Assembly: GCA_973895155.1 (NCBI GenBank)
Contig: OZ316897.1
Coordinates: forward strand, 8,207,832 to 8,271,831
Source: Marsupella aquatica
Taxonomy: Eukaryota > Plantae > Marchantiophyta
Length of the DNA: 64,000 nucleotides
Direction: 5' to 3'
Within the stretch, counting starts at the first letter, position 1, and each line of letters opens with the position of its first letter. This document shows, in pieces, positions 1 through 11,100 of the stretch. The notes beneath the pieces are model-generated. The model searched no databases. It was not told where the DNA came from and worked only from the letters and a program-made list of their open reading frames with translations. The position numbers were made by a program, and so were the translations under genes.

Positions 1-419
1 TGCAAGGACCCCCAAATATTTTAATACTTATGTTTATTTTGGGCTAGCCTAGAGTCATTGTGGTAATATATTTCACAGGGAATTCTCTAGAGTAACCACT
101 AACATTCTTTCCCAAAATGACAATAAAATGTGTCTCTCTCATCATGAGAGCAGTACGTAATCTCGAAGCAGAGGGTTTGGTTTTGCTACTGGTTCAATCC
201 GGCCCACCTTTCTTCAAGTAGAGCATTTCCTCAGGGTAGCGGATTCAATCTAGAAAACTTCATTTATGCACCTTAGTCAACATCATATCAAACAGACAGA
301 TATCGGCATACAAAGGACAAGTGAACGACAAACTTATGAGAGATATCCAATAAATTCAAAGTTCGTCCAGCAAGCTAGATATGAAAAGGTAGCTTGAACT
401 TAAAAGATCCCTCCAAACA

Positions 420-560
420 CCCCTAAATTGAAATGTTTTACTTGATAGACCCCATGAGACCCCATGAACTTTAGGGTACATTGATTTGAGATCTATCAAT
501 GATCTGGATCACTCATGGGTCTATCAAGAAACACTCTGCATTTTAGGGGTCCATCAAGAA
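420..560. repeat. Dispersed MITE-like repeat family (gatagacccc / tctggatcactc..ggtctatcaag motifs); further copies at ~1640-1745 and ~12130-12410
   Basis: The motif string gatttgag.t.tatcaa..gatctggatcactca.gggtc.atcaa recurs at the three places; termini not resolved. Confidence 0.55.
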
Positions 561-2328
561 TCTCTATGCCGTTTTCATGAGTCCAACTAAGATTTGAAAT
601 TTCTCAAAACTTAACATTTTGTGTGTATTACGAAGATGACCTGATTATCCAAAGTGCCTGGTCAAGTACTAAATCCATCTTTATAATTCGTTGAATCCAA
701 ACAATACTAGAGTCTTGCCTCTCTCTCTTCGTCCCGAGAGAAACATGTACTATCTGAGCAAGGGGGATTATTTTTGGTACTGGATCAAACTCCAGTCCAC
801 CTGTCTGCCAGTGGAGCATCTTTTTACTCGGGTCGTGGGTTCAATCTAGAAAACTTAATTTCATGTCCCGTAATGAAAACCTGGGGTTGTGGGGCTGCTG
901 CCCAGCCGCAGCGGCAGGCTTGTTTACGCCCGGACACGTATGCCGATATCCGTCCGTCCGTCCCGTCCTTCGTTCCGATCACTCTTCAAGTGTGTATAAA
1001 GGGGCTCATGAACCTCGAGAGGGATTGGCCGAGGCCATTCCGGGCAGCGCACCGGAAATCAAAGAGAATCGGGCGGCAAAACAATTCCACCCCCAAGAAA
1101 TCCGGGCCTGTCGTAATAAAGCGCAGTATAATACGGTCGTCAGAGTATGTCCTCCGCCTCCTCTTCCCGGCTGCCGTATATGGCGCTTGTACAGTTATTA
1201 GTAGCGCCACTCCCCATATCCCCATTATTTTTTCGAGGAATTTTCGGGCACGCTGAGAAAAATCGGTAAATAATAAATATCGGTAGGTACGTTGTACTCT
1301 CTGGACGGGACGGAACGGGACGATGATCGTTCCGGTCCGCAGTGAAAAAGAATGAACACGGGTAATGAGAGAGGGTGAGAGTGAAAAAATAAATCAGCTG
1401 CCTCTGCCCTGGCGGGCTGGCTGGCCACGAAATATATATACACCATTGGTTATTTGCTTTGCGATTCTCAACAGCGAGAATTCAGATTAATTATCACTCC
1501 CAAGTTGATTGGGTTTTCCTTTTCTCATAAGTAAAGTTACTTCAAGAAAAAGAATATTGTTTCATTTGTTTCCGTGGCAATTTTAATTTGGAGGTATTTT
1601 CTTGATAAATCCCAAATTAAACTTTTTCTCCACAACCAACCTCATGAGTTTGTGGGTATGTTGATTTGAGGTTTATCAAAGTTTATCAGTGATCTGGATC
1701 ACTCAAAGGTCCCATCAAATCACTCATTTGGGGGTCCATCAAACATGTATCCCTTTTAGTTGCCCTTGACCAGAAATGTTTGTCTGGGTGGGTTTTCTGT
1801 TGGGAGACATGTGTCCACTGTCTATTTCAACACATCACACAGTTTTGGGGGCTTTTTGCCTGGTATAATGTTTTCTAGATTGTCATGTTTGGAATTTGAT
1901 TTTCTGCCCATTTCTGGAAACCCAATATTTTTCAAGTGACAACTTCTGGTTGGAATTTATATTTCAATTATCAATTACATAATCATTGGGTGACCGGTGA
2001 AAATTTCCCTTTCCCAACCCCACCCTGTGCCCTATCATGGTAGTGCCATGCAAATTGCGATAATAATTCTTCAATTTTTTACCAACTGACAAATATTTTG
2101 GGTCATTGAATTCTACAGTTTCTTGATATATTCTAACAATAATAGTGAAGTTCATGAAATTATAGAAAACATTGACTTTCTGTGGTATGGCTTATTTAAA
2201 ATTGAGAAAAACAGGAATATAAAAGTCATTTACTGTTTCACTCACATCCTACACAAATCCAGTGGTAACATGTGGTCATCGTTCGATGTAAACGCTAATT
2301 TTACAATCAATTATGTCTACATATTTCT

Positions 2329-3486
2329 AAAATGAAAAAACTGAAACTGAAGTAGAATACTTTAGCGCTGTGTATTCACTGTAATGTATTTCATATTCGT
2401 CCTTCACTAATGTGAAAGTTTCACGCTCCTATTTCCCCCTTGATCAAAATATTATTTTCACCGTGGCCCCTCTCTCGCTCTATCTGGCATCCTTGCCTGC
2501 CATGGCTAAGATCGGAAAAACGAAAAATGAACAGATGGGAACTAACAGAAGAATAGTTTAGCGTAGTGTGTTTACCAAAATTAGAACATATCTAAGCTGA
2601 AAGTTTTCCGTTCCCATTCCCCCCTTGTCAATATATTATTTTCACCATGACCCCTCTCTCCCTTTGCGATCCTTCCTTGCCATGGCTTAGATTGAAAAAT
2701 GAGTGTGTTTTTGCCAAAAGTAAAATATTGATTACTATGTCACACAGGTCCTTTGCAAACCTGCAAGTTTCCGGTTCCCATTTCCCCATTTGATCGATAT
2801 ACTATGGTGAGAATAGTTCTCTTTCTCTCTTGCCTGCCATGACTGAAAGGGAAAAAATGAGTAACTGGAGAACAATACGTTAGCATTGTAAAATATTAAA
2901 TAATATTTCACACAAGTCCTTTGAAAAACTGAGAGCTTCCTTCTTGATCAATATATTATTATGACCGTGCCCCCTTCCCCCATCATCCTTCCCTGCCATG
3001 GCTAAAATGAAAAAACAAATTGAGAAACTAGAGAACAATACTGTAGGGTTTGTGTATACACAGAAATTAAAATATTTATTACTATTTCACACACATCCTT
3101 TGCGAAGCACAAAGTTTCCGGTTCCCATGTCCCCCTTGATCAATATCCTATTTTCACCATGTTCTCTCTCTCTCTCTCTCAATGCCAGCCTTGCCTTTAA
3201 TTATGACTATTTCAAGCACATCCTTCCCAAAGCTGAAAAGTTTCCCCGTTCCCATTTCCCACTTGATCAATATACTATTTTCACCATGACTCTCTCTCTC
3301 TCACTGCCATCCTCCCCTGCCATGGCAAAAATGAGAAGCTGGAGAACCCGACTTCATCCTGGTTATTTTCTAATATTAATTATTATTTCACACACGTCCC
3401 ATTTCCCCCTTGATCAAATCAGAATATCATATCTTCACCATCACCCTCCTCTCTCTCCCTCTCGCTCTCTCTGCCATCCTTGCCTG
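2329..3486. repeat. Degenerate tandem array, about 7 units of up to ~180 bp, upstream of the MYB gene
   Basis: Core aagtttcc..ttcccatttcccccttgatcaatata.tattttcaccatg...catcct..cctgccatggc recurs near 2415, 2600, 2765, 2935, 3111, 3238 and 3398. Confidence 0.8.
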
Positions 3487-4842
3487 CCCTGCCCGGCCCT
3501 GCCCTGCCCTGCCCGGCCCTGCCCTGCCATGCCATGCCATGCGATGTCGGCTTGCCCTGCTATGGGTCCATAATCCATACACATGCACGACCAATGCATG
3601 GTATGTGCCTATACCGCAAGTACCGTAAATAGCAGTCGTATGTTTTTCTACGAGCTGCCCTCTCCTCGCTCTGCCTTGCGCGCGCAACAACGAGGCCCGA
3701 GAGAGATCCGGGCTCTCAAGGAGAAAAGGGAGAGAGCGAGAGAGAGAAGAGAGAGAGTGGTCGAGGAACACAGTAGTCTAGTTTACTCGGGCCGCAGAAC
3801 GCATATGTGCAGTATCGTTCGTCGTCGTCGTCGTCGCTGGGTGCAGCAGCAGCAAAACAGTAGTAGGGTTACCTCTCTCGTCTCGTCTCGTCTCGTCTCA
3901 TCTCATCATTCATCATCATCGTCGTCGTCGTCGTCGTCGCTGTAGCAGTGGTGTTGAGTTGTTGTTGTCCTGGTGCTCAGGAGCGTGTTCTTATTTTACG
4001 TGACTTGTGATCTCTCTCTCTCTCTCTATTTCTCTCTCTCGATTGCTCTCTCTCTCTATCGCTCAGTCTTTGGAGAGCGAGCGCTTGGTTGATTCGTGAA
4101 TTCGTTGTCGACGTGCGCAACTCCAGAAGAGGAGGTTGGTTGAAAGTATTTCTCTCCATTCCTGCGAACCAGGGAGGGCACTGCGGAGGGCTCTTGTGTT
4201 ATTAGGGAGAGGCCTGAGTTGGGCGAGAGGGAATGTACGTAGCGTTGGTTGGGGTTTGGAGGGAGAGAAGGGAGAGAAGGGAGAGAAGGGAGGAGGGGCT
4301 GAATATCAGAAAGAAGTGATGAGACAGTAGCAGACGGAATTGGGTTGTGGTGCACAGCGGTAGCAGCATTATTTTGAGCGATCGATCGGTCGAAGTAACG
4401 AACGAACGAACGATTTCATCTCTCGCGCGACCCTCACGCTTGCGAGGAGGAAGGAGTGCAGTGTCCATTGGCTTGTGGGGCGTGTTGGGATTCTGTGTCC
4501 CGAGTGTCTGGCGGGCTGGTGGGCTGGAGAAAGCAAGGAGTGGGGAGGAGGACAGAAAAGTAGCGCGAGTGGCATTCTGATCGGGGGTTTCGGTGCTTCG
4601 CGCAATTACGTGGCTGGTGTGGAAGGAAAGAAACAGCTCTCATTCTTCGTCGGATTGTGGCGTGGAGTCGAAACTACGTGCCCCGTGACTCGGTCGGGAG
4701 AGAATAAGAGAGGTTGGACAAGAAATCGAGGTCGGAGGCGAGCGCCACCGGAGTATCAGACACTGATAGATCTATGATCTTCGACTAAGGGATACATAAG
4801 CAGAAGAAGAACGCAAAAGAGGAGCAGGAGCAGGAGGAGGAG
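3487..4842 (+). promoter_or_regulatory. Microsatellite-rich promoter / 5' leader of the MYB gene
   Basis: (GCCCT)n, (GA)n, (CT)n, (GTC)n and (GTCTC)n tracts in CpG-rich DNA with no credible ORF. Candidate 5'UTR intron 4843-5549 (gag|GTACCT ... ttcaacAG|g) ends 23 nt before the ATG. TSS unknown. Confidence 0.5.
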
Positions 4843-5572
4843 GTACCTAAGTGAAAAGAATTGTCGATTCAGTTCCCTGGTTTTGAAGCTTCGGTTAAAA
4901 ACAACAGGGCCACACTCACACAATCGATGATGATACTACGCCTGAGCGTTGTTTCATGACCTCTTAAGAAGCAATGACAACAAATTCCCACTCAAGGAAT
5001 AGCAGTGGTAGCTAGCGTGTCGCACAGAAAGTAACAAATGTACGCACGTAACTTGCTTTCGCAAAGTCTTGGCTCACATGAGGGGAAGAAGGTTTCTGTT
5101 TATTGTAGCATCAGGCCTCAAAATTCTCGAACCGTCGAGTACAAAGGCATAGGACTGCTGCAACGAGGACATTCGTTAATTCTGCTGGCTTTTATTATTA
5201 TTATTCCATTGTCAAGCTGTACGCTCACTTTCGACAAGGGTCTTTGTTATCAATATAGGCAAACCGTGCAAAAGCATTCAAATTTCGAACTACTCCATCA
5301 TAGAGAGCGAGTCTTCTGTCCATTGTCCCAAGCGTAACATGTTTTGGGGGACCATCACTTTTGGGAGGAAGAGGTGAGGGTAATCTGGGACCGAGTGAAG
5401 AGGGAGAGAGACTTGTCACAGACATCCATCGTATCACTATTCCGTAAGAGGTTGAGATAGAGTGATTTTCGAAGTGCCAAGAAGTAGTCCATAAGAAGTT
5501 TCCAATATTGATCTTCAATTTGGCTGCTCGCCGGAGCAGCATTCAACAGGTTCAAGAGTCTGGGGTGAGTGG

Positions 5573-8173
5573 ATGGAGACCATGGAACTTGGGAACCCAA
5601 GCCCGGATTTCTCTGAGGACGTTGGCGCCTTAAAGAAGGGACCGTGGACGTCTGCAGAGGATGCCATCCTCGTGGCTTATGTTACCAAGCACGGTGAGGG
5701 CAACTGGAACTCGGTGCAAAAGCACTCAGGCCTGTATCGCTGTGGCAAGAGTTGCCGCTTGCGCTGGGCTAACCACCTTCGGCCCAATCTCAAGAAGGGC
5801 GCCTTCACTCCCGAGGAGGAGCGAATGATTATTGAACTTCATGCCAAGCTTGGCAACAAGTGGGCTCGAATGGCCAATCAGGTTGGTCCTCTCATCGGCT
5901 CCCTCGTACGTTTACGCCTATTCACGTCTAACTCAGGAGAAGACACTGCCTGACGCAAATTATTCGAGACCACCTCTTCTGATTTCTGTAGTCTTAATCG
6001 CATTGTGAGTTGTTGCTAGCATCGTGCCCCCTTCTTGGCCCATAGTCTAATCGCGTCCAAATGATTCTACCACCTCGCCTACTAGACTAAAGAAAAATTC
6101 ATTTACGTGAGGATGACAGCATCTATACGACCGCTCGAGTTGTTAGCCGGAGAGGTCCCTAGCTAGCATGCATGGTTATATACATGCACCTGCTCGAAAC
6201 CTGAGAATGCTAAGTATCAAGAATTGCGCCGCTGAATGGGCATGACCTGATCTGACTTGACCTAAGCTTACCATCTTCGATCTGGTGTATTGCTATGTGT
6301 GGTCGTGGGCAGCTGCCAGGTCGGACAGACAACGAAATTAAGAATTACTGGAATACGCGGATCAAGCGAAGAATGCGAGCAGGTCTCCCAGTGTATCCAC
6401 CCGAAATACAGAATCCTGCCGCCAATTCGCAATATATGTTTGAACACGGGGAGATGAGCATGAGCTCGGGCGGAGAATCGGAATGTGACCCAGTATCCAG
6501 CCCTACGAATGAGTTCCAGAACCTGAGCGTCTCAGGACTGCACGGTGGAGGAGGTTGCCACATGAAGAGTTGCTCGTCGTTGTCGGGTATGAGTGACATG
6601 CCGCTCAGTTCTGTGGTGACCCAAACCCTGAGCACCAGCCAGTCTATCAGCAGCCCAGTGAGGAGGATGAAACGGATGCATAGAGACAGCCAGTGTTCCT
6701 CAATGAGCGGTGGCAGTGGATCAGCGGTGATGTTCCCTCAACTCTCTGACGAGAGCAGCAAAACCATTCCCTACTTCAAAGCGCGTCGGTCTTGTGGAAC
6801 CCGCAATTCAATGAGGCTTGGTCAGCTTGCAGGGTTCCCCTACGATCCTGACCCTGAGAATCTTCACTTCGAAGGTATGCCAACTCATGGCTACCTCGGG
6901 TTACCTTACTCTTCTTCCAGGCCTAATTCAAGCCTGAAATTGGAGCTCCCTTCAAGCCAATCTGCAGAGTCTGCCGATAGCGCAGGCACTCCAGGGTCAG
7001 CAATGACAAGCCCATACACATCATTTCCGCTTTCCAACCATTTGTTATCGTCGGAAGCAGATAGTTTTGGGTCTAATAATAATAGCTTCCTCGAAGCTCT
7101 GTTGCAGGAAGCACAGACTTTGGACGCCGGAAGCCATGACCAGGTGCGACCCACAGACCAGCTCTCTGATCAGCTCCTGGTCCTCACGTCAGGCAACCCT
7201 CCCATTGACGTGGTTTCTCTTATGAGCCCACGAAAGACTAGGTGGGGTGAAGACAGCGATCCAACGACTCCACTGGAGGGCCGAACTTACTCCATGTTCA
7301 GTGAAGATACATCACCGAACTGCACTAGCAATTGGGACGAAACTTCTACCATGCAGTCTCCTCTCACCACTATATCCTCCAGTTTGCAGTCGCCTCATCA
7401 TCATGGTAAGCCCGGTCGATCACCTCCACTTTCGTTCGTGCTTGCGATTTCCTTTTAGGTTCTGCTACGACGACCAGATTATCTTGTTAGTTACTGACAG
7501 CTTATATATTCAATCTACCTCCCACCTGGCTCGTCGTATCGCTTGCAACGTGGCTACAGCCAGCTAGTTTACTGCGAGAAGCTGCTAGAACTTGAAATAC
7601 ATGGCAGGATTCGTGACGAAGGAGACTCACGGCTAAATATCCGCTCCTTCTTAAGTTTTAGGTTGGCCAAATGTTGTGCACGATCAAGTTGGTTTGTGAC
7701 CTTACGAAGTGACATATATATACTTCGTATATATTTCTAACGGTTCGCCATGGTTTGTGTGGTTGGTGTGTCTAGGTATCAAGTTAGAGCATCAGCAACA
7801 TCCAGGAACGGAGATGCATTGCGGGAACTACACGGACGAAGAGAATCTGATCTCAACCCTACTAGATTTTGCGAGGCCAGATGCAGCACCTGTGACCGAA
7901 TGGTATAATCCGGGGGAGATATATCACATGGGGGGACAACCCTGTCCTTCTCTTCCGGAGGCCATTGAAGCTGCATTCCACCACCAAGATGTTGCTGCAG
8001 AGCTGGAGCATCTTGGCGCAGGTGGGCATCCCGTGACGAATCACGTATGGGAACTTGGGTCCTGCCCGTGGAACAACATGCCTGGCGTATGCCAAATCGG
8101 AGATCTTTCGACAGACTGCAGGCCCGTAACATCTCTTGCTGACCAGATGAACGACCCATGTGCCATTTGCTGA
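5573..8173 (+). CDS. GAMYB: GAMYB-like (MYB33/65 clade) R2R3-MYB transcription factor, 3 coding exons, 599 aa
   Basis: Exons 5573-5881, 6313-7405 and 7776-8173 join in frame with GT-AG introns. R2R3 domain [11 protein letters not shown]...[21 protein letters not shown] boxes [16 protein letters not shown] and C-terminal [11 protein letters not shown]. Confidence 0.95.
6941..6961 (+). promoter_or_regulatory. miR159/miR319 target site in the GAMYB coding sequence
   Basis: TGGAGCTCCCTTCAAGCCAAT compared with the complement of miR159 (TAGAGCTCCCTTCAATCCAAA) and miR319 (GGGAGCTCCCTTCAGTCCAA); lies in the canonical LELPSSQ box. Confidence 0.9.
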
Positions 8174-11100
8174 AAACACTCTAGTTAATATCTCGACCGA
8201 TCGACTAACAACTATCATCGCCTTAGTTCTTCCTTGAAGCAGCTACCACATTCGCGTACTACGTGGTTGGTAATTCGAGCCAACCATACCAAAGCTGTCG
8301 CCGATCTAAAATAGATGATCAGCTTCCTAGAACTCACTTCACCTAGCTGCAAATTCTTGGAACAGATTTAACGTTTGATCATCGCTATTACTAGTATCAG
8401 AATCAAGATAGAAAAGCTAGCTAGCCAGGTTGCTTAATAGATAGACAAAGATCTCGATCACTCAAGTGGCGGCAGAATACACTTGAACCAATTCTGTGTA
8501 CTCGGTAAAAACAGTGGTAGGCAAGACCTTCAGTCATGAGTCGCATCATATTTATTTGCTCTATTGGACCTCACAATAATCATCCTACATTTGAAGTGAA
8601 CACCCTGCTGCAGCTCCAGCGGGGCGGTTGTTCGGGCTTTATCACTCTTGTGTATAGAGTGTCCGTGGGAATGTGCAGTGGCCAACTCGAATTTCTCTTC
8701 TCTGACTATTAACTCCCCATCCGTCTGTCTGATATATATATATACCGAGTCAAAACTAGTACTCTTACTACGAAGAAGCAATCAGTATTTATTTTTGATC
8801 CGTCGCTAATCCTATCGTTTGTCGTATTTCGTAAGCTTCCGTGAGTGATTTTCCACATGATTCGTCTCGTCCAGTACCATCACCACAGCTCCGGGGTCAA
8901 TAGCGGAGACTACTCGAGTGAACGCCACTGGCCCTCTTCTGCTGACGTAATGTTGCAACCACGTGGTGAAGACGAACTTCGGCATGAGCCCTCCCGGCCG
9001 TGAATTGCTGAAGCATGTGAATGCCGAATTATGTCCCGTCTTTCCAAGTCTTAAACTTCCCCGAGAATGTTGTAAATAGTAGTCTGAAGCTAGCTGCTCT
9101 ACAGCAGTGCACATTGCACAACACGGTCATGCCGATCGAGACACGCATGACACTTTCCACTCATCAGCGTAAGGCAAGCTCCCGCATTGCCGTATAGATT
9201 GAATGTCCAGTCACATGATGATTAATAAATGCCTGACGTAACAGAATTTGTATCATACACTCCTAGGATAAATATTATTAGTTCATAATGTGGGAATGAA
9301 ATGAATGATTCCTCTCTTCCCCGTGCCCCGTTCATCTACTTAAACTTTGCCACTAGCTCAAGTCATGCATTCGACGTGCTCTGTTCACTTTATGTTTGAC
9401 GTAACGCCATGACATTTTGCTTAATCCCGGACAGTAGCGACGTCCAGAGGGTCCTAGCTTGAATGCACAAACCCCATCGCTGCATGCTTTGAACAAACGA
9501 AGGTTCCCAAGTGTCATTCAAGTCTTTCTCAGGAGTCAGGACAACGGACATCCCCCAGTATGCGAAGATCGAGCTGCTACTACTGTCGGGCCGCACTTTC
9601 TCATCTCAAACAAACATTGAACTCACTCGTGCCAATAATGCGAGTTTCAGCAGTGCTCACGTTTCGTCTCCAATGAGCTCCACTTTTTGTCGCTCAGTCA
9701 GGTTGAATCAATCCGATCAATTCTGGCAGGAATGAATTTCTCACGTTCTAGTCGACGTAACCAGGCAGTCATTCCCGGCCAATCTTTTATCATGCACTCA
9801 AGCTTTCATTTCACTTTCTCGTTAACAGTAATGCACACAGCATGTCCCTCCCGACAGACTTCTTGTTACAGTAGTTCATTCATACTTCGGCCACATTAAT
9901 TTCTGCCACGTTAAGTTTGCAAATCTAATTAAAAATCAGGATTCTATCCTCTTTTGCGCTTAATTATCCTCCCACAATCTTTGCCATGGGCGCCGGATCG
10001 ACTTTCATCCCTTCTATTTTGCATAGATGATCCTATTCTTACCACTATTCTGAGTGACCTCTCTATCCTCGCAACCGTTAATTTCTGCCATGATGCTACT
10101 GTTCGAACGAAAATCCAAACAACACCTAAACAATGCATATATGGCTGCCGAGTCGAGGCATCCCATCCCATCCTATCCTATCCTCTCAAGATAGCGTTCG
10201 ACACCACTCCAGCACTCACGCCCCTTCACACAAAGCAGACTCCTATGCTCTAACCTGTCGATGCAAATCCAAAGCAAATCCAAAGCAGAGGAGAAATGGG
10301 TCGTAATCCAAGACCAACCACTTGAAAGGTTAATCAAAGAGGGCCGACAAAGCGCCATTACAAGACGGGAAAAAAGCAGAGAGAGGGGAGGGGCCCAGAG
10401 ACACGACCATACAAGCGTTTTTACTTTTCCATGTGGCCGAAGTCTGAGATCTTTGTCTAATTCTCTACTTTTTCCCGTTCCTCTCCTCTCGTCTCCTCTC
10501 CTCTCGTCTCGTCTCGTCTCCTCTCCGTCCAACCAACCAACCAACCATCGGTGATCGAGGGCTCGATCGATCACCGATCTGAGAGCGGCCCACATACGTG
10601 TTTCTTCAGTACTGTTGGGTACACTATTCAATTGGAAGAAAGCAAGGCACCAATCCGAAATCAGCAATTCAGCACCGCACTGGTACTGTGGGGATACTCA
10701 CCCACGCCAATTCCAATCATTACTACACCCTGCCTATGTCATCCCCGCGAATATTCCACTCCCCATTCGGGCTTTCTCGTCATCCCGATTGAATCACCTG
10801 GCGATACCCTCATCATCTGGCCCCCCTGTGGGCCCCACCGCTCTCCCCCCCCTCGCTCGCGCCCCGGCCCCGTCCCGTCCCGTCCCGCCCCGCCCGTACT
10901 GCCCGTACTTTATCCTCCGAGGCAGGGACTGAGGGACACCCCCCCCCCCCCGTTTTTTTTTTACGGGCTCGCTCGCTCGCTCGCTCGCTCTTACCCTCTT
11001 CCGTGAAACCTCCTCTCTTTCCCAGTTGGGCATGACAGGCCTACGGGGCAATGGAGTCCTAGGGTAGGGCAGCGTGAGATGTCTCCGGGCAGGCCGCCAG

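Noticed and set aside
1398-1413. ctgcctctgccctggc resembles part of miR408
   Set aside because: Only a partial match, and no complementary arm nearby to form a precursor hairpin.
2998-4777. Many overlapping ORFs upstream of GAMYB
   Set aside because: Low-complexity translations of tandem repeats and microsatellites; no domain signal.
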